Assembly (NCBI GenBank): GCA_964016885.1
Contig: OZ024755.1
Span: forward strand, 1,550,001-1,614,000
Length of the DNA: 64,000 bases
DNA from: Eledone cirrhosa
Lineage: Eukaryota
Direction of reading: 5' to 3'
Shown: in pieces, positions 1 through 14,000 of the stretch
Position numbering within the stretch: the stretch's first letter is position 1
How the letters are laid out: each line of letters starts with the position of its first letter
Notes under the pieces: generated by a model
The model's input: the letters and a program-made list of their open reading frames with translations, nothing else
Database searches by the model: none
Told to the model about the DNA's origin: nothing
Made by a program: the position numbers and the translations under genes

Positions 1-326
1 AATAGAGTCGATGAATGATTCAGTGTTCTGAAGGTTTTAAGGTGTTATTAAATTTGAGGAGAATACATACAGCAGAAATAGTCTAAGGTGGACGTGTACC
101 ATTACGTTTTTTGTTATATTTGTCTTTGATTTGTCAGTTAAGTTTGAAAATAATTGGGAATTTGGAAAGATTTAGTAATAACTTTCTCGTTATTAAGGTG
201 GCGTTTGGAACATAATCTAACAAAGGTTCTTACATAAAATTATGATGGGAGGTCTTTAGTAAATATACTATAGAACTAATGGCCCTGAATTGTAGAACCA
301 GGGGCAGTTAGTATTGAAAGGGTTAA
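1..326. mobile_element. Decayed TTAA-flanked MITE (family 2, piggyBac-like ends); related copies near 17668-18072, 33860-34090, 35971-36191
   Basis: Ends in ...GTATTGAAAGGG-TTAA at 326. A shared internal sequence (TTTGGAACATAA...ATAAAATTATGAT...AGAACCAG) recurs in the other copies, which begin with TAACCC-like ends. Confidence 0.55.
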
Positions 327-425
327 AACAGCTAAATTGATCTACAACCATTACAAGACTCTCTCGAGTCTGTTCTAACATATTTTGTCAGAATTATATC
401 CAGGAATTGTATTTTTGTTATTTAG

Positions 426-655
426 ATGCTCCAGTTGATGATGACGATGATGATGATAATGGCAACAATGATGATTTTGGAGGTGAAATTGGTCAAGAAT
501 TTCTCGGTAATTCATTTCTTTCTTTAAACTCTCTGGGGTTGTTTTTTTACTTGAGCACCTCAACAGTAAAATTGTTTTATGGATATGTGGCTGAGATGTG
601 TTTCAGATATATGTACATACATATATATATGTATATATATATATATATATAGTGA

Positions 656-690
<35 letters not shown>

Positions 691-3600
691 AGGTTCGTGG
701 CTTAGTGGTTAGAGAATTGGATTCGCAAGCGTGAGGCTGCAGGTTTGATTCCGAGACCAGGTGATGCGTTATGTCATTGAGCAAAACACTTTATTTCACG
801 TTCTTTCTGCCAAGAGTTGCAACCAGTTGATAGTATCTGTAATGGAAACATTGCTTCCTTGCTCCAATTTGATGAGCTCCTATCAATGAAACATAATTTA
901 AAAGATTCTTTTGCATAGAATTCTGTTGGAAGGTTTAAATTTAAATAGGAACACTGTAAAGAGGAAGTTAATTGTATCGGACTGTCTCTGGCAGCTTGCT
1001 ATCTAAAGGGTTATCTTAAGTATAGGGGACTGTCTCCGGCAGCTTACTATCTAAAGGATTATCTTAAGTATAAGGGACAGTCTCTGGCAGCTTGCTATCT
1101 AAAGGGTTATCTTAAGTATAGGGCACTGTCTCTGGTAGCTTGCTATCTAAAGGGTTATCTTAAGTATAGGGGACTGTCTTTGGCAGCTTGCTATCTAAAG
1201 GGTTATCTTAAGTATAAGGGACAGTCTCCAGCAGGTTGCTATCTAAAGGGTTATCTTAAGTATAAGGGACAGTCTCCGGCAGGTTGCTATCTAAAGGGTT
1301 ATCTTAAGTATAAGGGACAGTCTCCGGCAGGTTGCTATATAAAGGGTTATCTTAAGTATAGGGGACTGTCTCTGGCAGCTTGCTATCAAGAGGGTTAAAG
1401 ACATTTGCATGAAACGCAGCAAACTTTGGTAGTTAAGTGGTTCATTACAATATTTTTCATTATATTTTAGATGATACATTTATGGAGCCTGGTGGACTAT
1501 TTGAAGATGCTCCTGTAACTGACGTTGGTATGGAACCTGAAGAACCAGTAACTGAGACCGAGAAACCTCAAGGTATTTCATAAAACCTTTTTACGAACCT
1601 TTCCTCAAATTATTGCCAAGTTAGATACATTGTAGAATTTTTCATCATCATAATAAAACACATGAATTATGGTTTGTCAGGTAATTTGATTACGTATATA
1701 CTATATCTTCCTCCCTTACCTCTCTCTCACAGTGTTGACAAGATGGTCAGTGGTAGAACAACAGATATATTTAACAATGTATCTATCTTTGGATAAGAGC
1801 AATAATCCCAATAGCAGTCTGAAGATAGAACAAAACACTGTTCACTTTCCTGACATTTGTACATTATTCTATGTACTATACATGCACCTTTGATGAGTTG
1901 TAGTGCACCTGAGCACTGTACACAATAATTTTCATTATTATTATGATTTAGTGGATATGTTTCATAACGATTAAAGAAAATATGGGAGAAAATTATAGTA
2001 AAATAAATGTGAAATTAAATATGGTGATAACAGGAGGGAGAAAGTCCAGGAAAACTCAAGAAATTATTAAATAAAATATTTTTAAAACTGAATATTTGTA
2101 CTTTTATTTCAGAAGCTGAAGCTGCTCCACAGCCAGCTGAAGCGAAAGCTGCTCCAGTAGTTGAACCAGAAACACCAGCACCTGAAACAACTACTGAAGT
2201 TAATGAAACCACTGGCACCTCTGGAGAACAAACTACACTTGTTCATAATGAAGATGAGGCATTTGCTCTGGAACCTTTAGATGTCTCGAATATACCAGGT
2301 CAGTTTAGTAGGTATTGATTAAGGTTCTTTTAAATGTTGTCCTTGTTTTAGATGTAGCTTGTGCATGGACTGTTCTGTCAATGTGTCCACCAGTATCTGT
2401 ACATTTTTGGGTTGTATACATTTGTTTTTTGTTTTTATTAAATATTTCACTTATGTTAACTTGCCTTTGTAATAAAATATTTTCAGTTATATTCTGCTAG
2501 GTTATATAGTTATTTATATATTAGTTATAGTGTAAAGAATGTGGTTAGACCCTAACCTTGTCCTCAAGTCTCACCTCTAGCAAGTCTCATAGAGCCTCAT
2601 ACTACACGTGATAATACAGTTTATATCTTGCATCCATCTTTGTCATAATTTATGACATCTAAAGTAATATTAATATAGTATATACATAATATGTAGTGTT
2701 AGTTACATCCCTTAATCATTAGGAAAGATGTTTAGAAATTTTCTATTCTCATATATCTCTTTATCCCAGAGATTCTTTAAATAAATATATTACTTAGACT
2801 AACAAGTTTAAGGAAATAAAGTATATATTGAAATTTTAGGGTAGAATAACAAGTTAAGGAAATAAAGTATATATTGAAATTTTAGAGTAGAATAACAAGT
2901 TAAGGAAATAAAGTATATATTGAAATTTTAGGGTAGAATAACAAGTTAAGGAAATAAAGTATATATTGAAATTTTAGGGTAGAATAACAAGTTAAGGAAA
3001 TAAAGTATATATTGAAATTTTAGGGTAGAATAACAAGTTAAGGAAATAAAGTATATATTGAAATTTTAGGGTAGAATAACAAGTTAAGGAAATAAAGTAT
3101 ATATTGAAATTTTAGGGTAGAATAACAAGTTAAGGAAATAAAGTATATATTGAAATTTTAGGGTAGAATAACAAGTTAAGGAAATAAAGTATATATTGAA
3201 ATTTTAGGGTAGAATAACAAGTTAAGGAAATAAAGTATATATTGAAATTTTAGGGTAGAATAACAAGTTAAGGAAATAAAGTATATATTGAAATTTTAGG
3301 GTAGAATAACAAGTTAAGGAAATAAAGTATATATTGAAATTTTAGGGTAGAATAACAAGTTAAGGAAATAAAGTATATATTGAAATTTTAGGGTAGAATA
3401 ACAAGTTAAGGAAATAAAGTATATATTGAAATTTTAGGGTAGAATAACAAGTTAAGGAAATAAAGTATATATTGAAATTTTAGGGTAGAATAAGTTTAAG
3501 GAAATAAAGTATATATTGAAATTTTAGGGTAGAATAAGTTTAAGGAAATAAAGTATATATTGAAATTTTAGGGTAGAATAACAAGTTAAGGAAATAAAGT

Positions 3601-6492
3601 ATATATTGAAATTTTAGAGTAGAATAACAAGTTAAGGAAATAAAGTATATATTGAAATTTTAGGGTAGAATAACAAGTTAAGGAAATAAAGTATATATTG
3701 AAATTTTAGGGTAGAATAACAAGTTAAGGAAATAAAGTATATATTGAAATTTTAGGGTAGAATAACAAGTTAAGGAAATAAAGTATATATTGAAATTTTA
3801 GGGTAGAATAACAAGTTAAGGAAATAAAGTATATATTGAAATTTTAGGGTAGAATAACAAGTTAAGGAAATAAAGTATATATTGAAATTTTAGGGTAGAA
3901 TAACAAGTTAAGGAAATAAAGTATATATTGAAATTTTAGGGTAGAATAACAAGTTAAGGAAATAAAGTATATATTGAAATTTTAGGGTAGAATAACAAGT
4001 TAAGGAAATAAAGTATATATTGAAATTTTAGAGTAGAATAACAAGTTAAGGAAATAAAGTATATATTGAAATTTTAGGGTAGAATAACAAGTTAAGGAAA
4101 TAAAGTATATATTGAAATTTTAGGGTAGAATAAGTTTAAGGAAATAAAGTATATATTGAAATTTTAGGGTAGAATAACAAGTTAAGGAAATAAAGTATAT
4201 ATTGAAATTTTAGGGTAACTGATACAGTTAGTTGAATACTTGTCTTTTTTAGGGCAAGAAAGAAAAGGTAAACGTAAGCGTAAGCTTATTGTGGATGAAC
4301 AAAAGGGTATTCCAAGTGAAACTATGAAACTGCAGTTAGCTGACACTGCAGATATTATTACTACATTAGATTTAGCACCACCAACTAAAAAGTTGATGCA
4401 CTGGAAAGAAACCGGTGGTGTGGAAAAACTATTTGCTCTACCTGGTCGACCCATAATTTCTAAATTTACATGGCGAGTAAGTAAACACCTTTATATTTAC
4501 TTTTTTACCTTTTCCCTTTGTTTTTTATTTTATAAAAAATTGTCCATTTTCATATTTGATGTTTTCTCTAATTTTTATTTTGTTTTTGTTAAAGCTTTTT
4601 GGTAGAAACCTAATTACTAAACCAATGAATACTGAAGAAGAAGAACATGAAGAAGAGAAAATAGAATTGGAATCACCTGAGTTAGCACGTGATGAAGACC
4701 ATCATCTTGTTCAACCACACCAAAATCTTCATCTTCCATTCCCAGCAGGGACGCCACAAATGCAACAGCAGCAAACTCCTTTACATCAAAATGCACAGCT
4801 AAATCATCAGATGACACCACAACAACTGCAGACAACACTTCAGCCTCCAAAGAGAGGTCAGTATTATTATATTGGAGTCATTTAAACTTCTACTTAAATT
4901 CTTTTTGTCTAACTTAGTTGTTCCCAAACTTATCATTAGAACCCTGATGGAATTTTTTAAAAAATTATGGGAGCCATGGCTATATTCTACAGTTTTTATT
5001 AGAACACTATCTTGCAGCATTCTGGGGTCCCAGAATACCCACTTAGGTAAACACACAGCTCTGGAAAATAACTAATCAGGGGTTTTATGACCATTTACTA
5101 TCTGTTTCTCTCATAACTAGATACCTTATATTTTAATTTTCAAAGTAATAGGGATGTATTTTAGGGGGTTAAATATAATATACTTTAAAGTAAAACTTTA
5201 AGACATAAATTGACAAAATTCCTTGTTTTATTTTATAAATATTGTTGCATATAAATAAAATTTGTTTGTCCCCTCTTTAATACAGGTCAAGGGAAAGCAG
5301 AGGCAGCTCCAGCAGCAACAGCAGCAACTCCTGCCCCTCTCCCTGTCGACTCAGAAGTTTTCCCATCATCAGACGTTTTATTTCCATCTGAAAATATCAA
5401 GCCAGCAGCTGAAGAAAACTCGAGTGTTGTTGAGGAACCCTCAACTGAAACTAGTATGCAATCATCACCTAGTAAAGCATTTGATAAAACTCTACCAGAA
5501 CAAACAGCACAAGCTCCTCAAGGAGAGGATCCTTCAAATGCCACAGATCTTTTTTCAGGCACCTTTAATGATACAATGGTTGATATTCCTGGTGACAATG
5601 ATTCAGTCTATCCTAAAGATTTAGATGATGAACCTCCCTCAATTGCACCCCTTTCTGTTCCCCCTCCATCCTGTGACCCTGCCTCTGTTGCTCCTGCTTC
5701 GGTGCCACCACCCTCATGTCAACTGGTAAGTCATATTTCCTTTCATTTTGTTTTATCTTACAAAAATTCTGTTTTAAGTTTATGTTCCAAACAGTTTACC
5801 ATATATATACTAACCCATGCTAGCGTGGAAAGTGGACGTTAAACGAAGATGATGATGATGATACTTGAATATAAGTTGACCCCCACAGTTTTATATTTGA
5901 GAAATGGGCAAAGATACAAACCTTATTTATGTAGGATTTGAAGTTGGTGAAAATCGCCAAAATCTGTTCCCTTAATCACTGATTTATGTCAGATAAATGA
6001 ATAAAAATCCAAACCTAAAGCAGGGCAGCTAATCAACACATTGTTTACATGGTGAATATAAGCCAACCATTTTACCATCAATTTTTGGGGGTCACATATT
6101 CCTCAGCATATATTCAACTATATACAGTAATTCCTCTTGTTTTCTTACTAATTGATTTTTTAAAAAATATTTCTAAATATTTGCAGACATTTGAAGATAT
6201 TGAATCTGGAGAGTTTGAAGGAGTTATAGACTCCAACTTGGATGATGCTGAACAAGAAAAACAATGGAACAAACGATCTCTTCAAATGCAACATTCATTG
6301 GATATAGCTTTCCGATATAATGAAAGACTTAGTTTCAAAGAACTTATCCGAAAACACAACCGTAAACAGGCAGCATCACGGTTTTACACATTGTTAGTTC
6401 TTAAGAAACATCAGTCTGTTGAAGTGGATCAGAATGAGCCTTTTGGCGATATCTTTGTAACAAAAGGACCTCGATTTGGACTTGTTGTTTAA
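426..6492 (+). CDS. RAD21: Cohesin kleisin subunit RAD21/Scc1, 5'-partial (start lies upstream of window); exons 426-506, 1471-1572, 2113-2298, 4253-4476, 4595-4856, 5286-5725, 6187-6492
   Basis: Phase-consistent GT-AG exons. They translate to RAD21 motifs [18 protein letters not shown] and KRKRKLIVD...[28 protein letters not shown] (STAG/SA-binding region) and the C-terminal winged helix [17 protein letters not shown]...[14 protein letters not shown], ending in TAA at 6490-6492. Confidence 0.96.
688..801 (+). mobile_element. tRNA-derived SINE head fragment
   Basis: GTGGCTTAGTGGTTAG (A box) ... GGTTTGATTCC (B box) ... TTGAGCAAAACACTTTATTTCAC; the same head occurs at 17310-17561, 24242-24525, 28079-28190, 31320-31460, 39500-39846 and 50050-50362. 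Confidence 0.8.
979..1396. repeat. 48-bp minisatellite, ~8.5 copies, in RAD21 intron
   Basis: Unit GGACTGTCTCTGGCAGCTTGCTATCTAAAGGGTTATCTTAAGTATAGG repeated with few substitutions; explains the spurious 16-aa-periodic ORF 1180-1398. Confidence 0.95.
2801..4216. repeat. 46-bp tandem satellite, ~30 nearly identical copies, in RAD21 intron
   Basis: Unit AACAAGTTAAGGAAATAAAGTATATATTGAAATTTTAGGGTAGAAT, with occasional G>A and 2-nt-shorter variants. Confidence 0.97.
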
Positions 6493-7625
6493 TGGTTAAC
6501 AAGCCATCATATTCACTGATGGGCTCTTTTAAAAAAACATTTTTTAAGTTGCCATGATTGACTGATTGTAAATGCTTGGGAAATCTTTTTATCTTAAAAT
6601 TCAGACATGTGTGTAATTATAGTCAGGGGTATATATATATGTATGTATATATATATATATGTGTATATATAGATATATATATATATATATATATCCTCTC
6701 TTCAAGGGAGCCTACTTTTAAACAATACTGTGGAAAAAAAGAGAGAGAAGAAAAATCCCAACTACTCTGTGACAAAATTACCTTTCAGGTAATTCAGCAT
6801 GAAGAGTTAGTGGTGGTTTTTTTTTTTGGTTTTTTTCACATGTTGAGCAATTATAGAGGGGAGGGCTTATTTTTCAAGCCTTCTTTTCTCTTATCATTTG
6901 ATTGAATCAATAGATTTCTAGCATTTTACTGCTGCTGCTGTCATTTCTGATGCTTCTAGTCTTCATATAAATGTTTTTCCATTTACTTGAAAGGAAAAAT
7001 GACTATTGCCCTAAACAAGATTTTTTTTAATTAATAGATTTTAATCTCATTTCGTTTTTCCTCATCCGTAAGCTTTCTACTGCTTAGAAATCATTTTAAG
7101 ATTTTCTCTTTTCATAATTACTAAACAATCGCTGAACTCTAGAAATAATGAAGAATTCCTAAATTTTAAATGGCAGCAGCTGTAATTACAATAGCCACAT
7201 TATTTCATTCATCACTAGGTTGTATATTTTATATTGAGGATATTTACAAGTTGTATTGAGTATCTCATGTCAAACTAAACTATCATAACGTGACGACTAC
7301 AAAGTTATATTGATCATCCAACGTCAGCAATTTATTTTTATCAACCAATTGCTAATTCAATCTTTTTATTTTTTAAAGTAATCACATCTAGATTTAACAA
7401 CCCCACCATCGATATCATTCTCCTCTACAAATCTCTTAATGTTTTCATAAGTATATATAAAAAAACCTATAAGATGAAACCTTATAGGGGGCCCATCTAA
7501 ACCTGTAAATGTTTCCCCTATTAAATCAAATCCATTCTAGACCATCCTGTTTAACAATTTTGGCAGAGTCCTTTTGTATGAGGGTTGGTGTTATATTAGA
7601 ATAATTGAGATGTATTAACCAAAGG

Positions 7626-7778
7626 GCAAGTTATATATAGAGGCATATCACCACCACCATACTATGTCTATTTCCCAAGTTATATATAGAGGCATATCAT
7701 CACCACCACCATACTATGTCTATTTCCCAAGTTATATATAGAGGCATATCACCACCACCATACTATGTCTATTTCCCA
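7626..7778. repeat. ~50-bp tandem repeat x3 in putative RAD21 3' UTR
   Basis: CAAGTTATATATAGAGGCATATCACCACCACCATACTATGTCTATTTCC repeated three times. Confidence 0.9.
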
Positions 7779-10700
7779 TGGGATAAGTGAGTTGTCAGAT
7801 GACCACATCTAGATGTCCTTCTTAACACCAACCAACCAACCACATTACCATAAGACAAGTGCTACCACCTTGCAGTGTTAACAGTTGTTCAACTTGTGCC
7901 ATGTTAATTAGCCATTAAAATACACTAGATCTTAATCAATTGATTGATAAAGTCTATGATATAACATGAGACACTCATTACACGATTATTTTAGATATTT
8001 TACAAAATCTAATTGTAAATAAGTATTTTATCTTTTTTGCTTTTATGAGGGGGTTCTGTTATATCTAAATTTTAAACTATTAGCAGTCTGGGGTGACTCC
8101 ATTCGATTTATTCGTTAAAAACATTTGAAATCTATCCATACTGCTTACAACAGGCAGGAATACTTTCTCTAATTCATTAATTTTAAAACGTTTCCAGCAA
8201 TTTCTTTCTTCCCCTATTCCGATAGTTTAGATAGTAAAATATATTTCGATATTCAGTTAATGTTATATTGAAATCTATTTCTTCTAAATTCTTAGTAAAT
8301 TTTCCGAGTTTGTGGGTAAAATGTTTGTGGCTAGTGGAGATGAAGAAGTCAATTGATTTGTTTCCCTTGTTAGAGTGGGTAGAGTAACAACCACCTCTGG
8401 CTTGGCTACATGATGTAGCTAAATTGTAAATAACTTCATTATTTCTATCATTGTAAATACAACAATTCTGGTTAAATATAATAGTGAAACTGAAAAAAAA
8501 AAGATAATTGCTATGAAATGTTTGTTCCATTCCTACACATTTTGTTTCTTAAAAAAAAAAGAAAGAAAAGAAAATAAATGAAGGAAAAAAAATATATTTG
8601 AAAGTTGTCATTTGTGTCAGTTAAAAAAAATCTGTGGAATTCTTGACTGTTATGCTTCATATTTTACTTATTTCATCCTTGCCCTCATCTTGTTTTTGGT
8701 TGCTTTCTCCACCTTCTAGCCAGTTATTTTACATAAAAACCCATCATTTGTTGTATTAAACATGTCAGCCCTGAGATTTTTTAATGTATTAATTCATCTT
8801 TGTCTCATTAATTTGTTATAATGGTTGACTGCTTCACATCTTTAGCTCGTTTCACTTGTTTCAAAGTTTTTAAATCAAAGTATTATTTGCTATTTTTACC
8901 TTTTGTCCGACTCTATTGTTGATCCTTTCTCAGTTTTTGTTTTCCTTTCACATGCACCTTTTTCATTTCTCTACACTCACCTCATCGCCAATTTGTGTCA
9001 ATATCATTTGTCTTTAGGCTTAGCTTTTCTAATTTATTCCTTGTTATATTATCTCCTTTCTATTTTTATATTCAGTTTATCAGGTCTAAGTTGCAATTGT
9101 TGGTGATTTCCCCCCACCCCCTATTGTTATTTTTTTTATTTGTCTCCCTCTCAGTTACCAAAAACTAGTCTTGGCTTCTAGTGAGTGTTGTAGAGGTGTA
9201 GTCCTTGATGAGTCAAGTCTGCAAAGCTAATCTCAAACCTCAGTAGTAGCTACTTCACTTGAGAACAGCATAAATGACACTCATTTCTCTGTATATTTAA
9301 GGCGTTGCTGTTTCGATGAGAAACTATGTTGTATAAATCTGAAAGATATCTTGTGCTTGTCGTTACATATGAAGCATGTTTTCTGTTTTCTATATCATCC
9401 ATTGTTTCAAATCTTGTGTTCACTACATTGCTTCTGAATAGTTCCAGCAATGTCCCCTTTGTTATAACACTTCTGTTATTTTTATTTATTTTATTTTTTA
9501 TTATTTGTGGCAGGTGCAAGGTGTATGTTCTGAGGGTGTAGGGAACATGGCTCAGTTTTGATTCTCATTTCAAAAGGGCTTACTGTTCCTAATGACCCAG
9601 GGGAAAGGTATGAACATAGTAACTTCACATTTTCCATTCTTATAAGACCTTCGTGACTTGATTAGTTCAGTTTTTATATTATTATTATCCCTATTCCCTT
9701 CCATAACATTTCCACTTCAGTAGCATACATTTCCAATTTCTCTGTTCAATATAATTTGGGGATCCAGCCAACACTCATCTATCTTCCTTCTCACTACTTC
9801 TGTTCATATCTTGTAATTGTTAGTGCCTTATAATTAGGAGGAGGAATTTCTTTTTAAGGTCCCTTTTCTTTGGATTCTTTCTCCCCGACCTCCCTCTATA
9901 AAATCTTACATGTAAGGTTTTATTGAAATATTCAAGAGATCTTTACATTAGTTAGATATATATATGTGTATATACATATATATATATATACACTGCTTCA
10001 CCAATATATATATATATATGTGTATATACATATTATATACACCGCTTCACCAATATATATATATATATATATGTGTATATACATATATATATATATACAC
10101 TGCTTCACCAATATAAGTTGATTTTTTTTTGTTTGCTGTTAACATTCTGGGCACATAAATTCTAAAGATAATTAATTCTTCTAGTATTTCTCTCTCTTTT
10201 TCTTTCATACCAAGTCAGAAGTTTTGTTGAAATGTGTGTGTGTGTGAGTGTGAGTGTGCTGTGATACAGCAAATATTTACGGAGAAATACTGTTTTCAGT
10301 CAAGTGTTCCATTGCACTATTCGCTAAACATATTCCACTCAACCTGCCAATCAATGTACCATAGATCATTCTGAAACTGTTGATTTTTTTAAAATAAGGA
10401 AATTTTATTCCTGATCCCGTAGCATTCTATTTTGTACAAATAAAGTCATAATATATCAGTGTTTTGTTTTCTTTCACAATCAGTATTACAACACAGAAAC
10501 CTTTGCTATTCAAATGCTCAAGTGGGTTTGATGGGTCAACAAATATATATTTCCTTTTCCTTTGTTAAAACCAAATGTCTTAATCTTGCCCCCCTCCCCC
10601 TAACTTTTTACTTTAGAATCCAAAATTTATTTGCAGGTTAATTCATTGTTTTATTACAGGAGTTGGGACTGGTCCAAGTTTATATAGCATCCATTGTTCA

Positions 10701-11079
10701 GTTAATAAACTCTTTCTGATTAAGTCTACCATTTATTAGGAGCTTATTGCTCTAGAAAGGAGAGTGTGGCTTCCATTATGATAGCTTGCTCTAAATATAT
10801 AGTTTCATCTGAGAATACAGCCCATCTGTTGCAAGGTTTAACTCTAAGTTATTGATGAAACTCATTTTAGTGCCTTATTCAAAGACAATGTACAGCCTAG
10901 TCCTGAGACAAACATAACTAATACTTGCCATACTTTTGTAAAATATACAAACATTTCAATTGAGATCAAAGAAACTAGCAAATTCAATGTACACGGTTTG
11001 AAAATACATATTTTATTTAATTTTTCATATAAAATGAAATTTTGAATGAAACGTTTTTACAAAATAATCTGTCTACTCA

Positions 11080-14000
11080 TTAACTATTTTTACCAAGAGA
11101 CTGGGAATGTTTAGTGGCTGCTTCGACAGCATCTATTAATGCAGCTCTGAAGCCAGCTTTCTCCAGAGTATGCATAGCAGTAATTGTAGTTCCACCTGGT
11201 GAACATACTTCATCTTTTAACTGACCGGGGTGTTTTCCTGTTTCCAAAACCATTTTCGCTGCACCCTACAAAAAAGGAACATAATATTATTATGTCAGAT
11301 CTTTTGTTTCAAGTACCATATAAGGAAGTTATATTAGAAAAAAATCCCTTTAAATTATTGATTAGAAAATCCAAGATAATGTCTTTCGCTAGAAATACAG
11401 TTAATATTTTATTACTAAGGAAATTCCACATTTTATAAATGTTCTCATTTCTATATGTAAGGAGGGCTGAAACACTTCTCTGAACTGCTGCTCTCCAGCT
11501 CTTCTTTTTATCATTATAGATCTACATATGTTACAAATTGTGTAGAATGTTATACTTGACTTCATTCTATAGTTAATCACCAACATCTTCATCTTCCCAT
11601 GGTCAGAGGGTGGCATTTTCAGCAAGGTTTCTACCACTGGCTACCATTCCTAATGTAAAAGGATGTTTTGTCTACTAAAACATACCTTACAGGTGTCATT
11701 AACAAACCAATGAACTCACCAATAATGTCTGTGCTGCAAGTTTGGTAGAAAGTTGTCTTGGTAAACCCATCTTCACTCCACCATCAGAAAGGGCTTCAAT
11801 AGCAGCAAAAGCCTGCAAATTTAAATTATCTCCTCCAGTAAATTAACAATACATATAAATATTTTATTTCAGATCTTATGTAATAAAATAAGCTATTTTA
11901 ACTAAGCCTCTTCTGTTGTTTAACCCTGGGTCAACTCAGACTAAGTAGATTTATGGTTAAAGGCATTCCAATCCTATATATATCACATTGTATCTAGGAC
12001 TATGTGGTCTTCCCTTTTATTAAAGTGGTTGGGTGTTATATTGCGGAAATTTGTCTGCTATTTCTAGCAAGTTATGTGACCTACAGTAAGCAAACTGGAA
12101 TAGTTGATTTTTTTTTTCCCTTTGAGCTTCAATATTTGAATTAATCAAATTATATTGAAAGATTTTAAGTTGTTACAAATATCTTAATAATTTTGTACAT
12201 CAATTCACATTTTCAATTAACTGAGTGAAGTTTAGTTGATTTAATTAGAAATATGGTAATGAAAGAGATAATTACATATGCTGGACCACTTCCACTGAGC
12301 CCTGTGACAGCATCAAGGTTTTCTTCAATTCCTTCTTCACAAATTCCAACACTTGACAGTAATTCAGCCACCAGGTCATTGTCTCCAGCACGTACAGAGT
12401 TTCCTGGTGCCAACACAGCAGCTCCGGCTTGTACAAGAGCTGGAGTATTTGGCATAACTCTCACAACACGTGTAAACTGAGGCAGACGCTAAAAGTGAAC
12501 AGAATATATTTAAATATTAACAAAATATTGGGATGGTGGAAAAGAATGATATTTTATTTTTCTAAATAATATTCTTTCTACAATAATAAGTACTGTTAGT
12601 GATATTAGTAGTAATGGTGGTGGTGATAGTAGGAGGATGTCAGTAGTCGTGGTGGTATTAGTAACAGTCGTTATTCTACTACAAGAGTCAGCTGAAAAGT
12701 TCATAGGCTTTCCACAGGTGGATGCCCTTCCTAACACCTAAACATATAGAGAACGTAATCCGGCAATGTTCTTACCTCTTCAATAGAAGATATTCGTATT
12801 CCAGCAGCAATAGAGACCAATAATTTATCAGCACTAATAAATCGTCCTATTTCATCCAGTAGACCAGGAACAACTTTAGGTTTTACAGCAATAAAAACTA
12901 CCTGAGTGTTATTAATAACGTCTTCATTCTTTGATGTTGTTGTCACACCTAATGTCTGTAAGAGAAAGAATACGGAATAAAATTGTATTCTAGATTATAT
13001 TGAAAAACTTTGTCCTAACAGCTTCAAAAGATAATTCGGAGACCAAGGATAGCAAAAGACGCATTTGATCACAGGTCTACTTAGTCATGGCTAACCTGTG
13101 GTTAATCACTAAAGAAGATAGACTATTCCTTCTGATCATAGGTCTGGTCAATCCTGGCTGACCTGTGGTTAAACAATAATTATAATTCTGAAAGCAAGTT
13201 ATTTATTTAGAGATAAAGACTGTAAAACTGGAAATATGTTGAAATGCAGCAAGACAAACTATAATAATTAAGGCTGTCGATGGGTTAAATGTCCATCACA
13301 TATATACCAGAAATCGTCTTAAATTCTAGCCATTATATTAACACTAAGCATTTACATTACTCTATATATATATATATACTATTGTAGTTTTTGTGGTAAA
13401 GGCTTTATCTTACATAATATTGAATCTGTGAGATTTTGAGAACAATACCTTAACATTAGTATGAGTGGCCTGTTTGGAGAGAATTTTGGCTGGATGCAGC
13501 CAGTTTAAATGCTAAAGGGTTAAATTATTCCCTGCTTATCTCTCTCCATAACAACCACCTAACTTATTTACATTTATAGATTAAAATGTCTATAATTTCA
13601 GCTAATTATTCTACTTGTCTTAACAGTAAAGTTAGTTGAGATGTTTTTGAATAAAATTTTAACTTAATTTAAAAAAGTGAATACATGCAAGCATGTATTC
13701 ACATGTACTGGGTGTATTCTATCATGGCACCAACACTACCACTTTATAGAGTGAACTATGTACAATATTTTAGATTAAAACAAAAAAAATATTAAATGTG
13801 GCTTAAAACTAACCAAATTGTTAAATTAGATGCAAAAAGTATCAACGTTTACCAAATAAAGTTTCTTAATTTCGACTTAGTTTGGTCTTCACCATAGTGA
13901 AGGTCAGAGATTCTCTGGTGAGATTGTACAGTCTAGAGATATATCATCTGGTGAGATTATATATAGTCTAGAGATATATCATCTGGTGAGATTATATATA

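Noticed and set aside
688-760. tRNA genes at SINE heads (also 17490-17561, 28079, 39775-39846)
   Set aside because: A/B boxes are present but there is no paired acceptor stem, and the sequence continues into the SINE body.
1180-1398. Repeat protein ([16 protein letters not shown])n
   Set aside because: Translation of a 48-bp intronic minisatellite with a non-ATG start.
2801-4216. CRISPR-like or telomeric array
   Set aside because: Units are contiguous with no unique spacers, the context is a eukaryotic intron, and there is only one TTAGGG per 46-mer.
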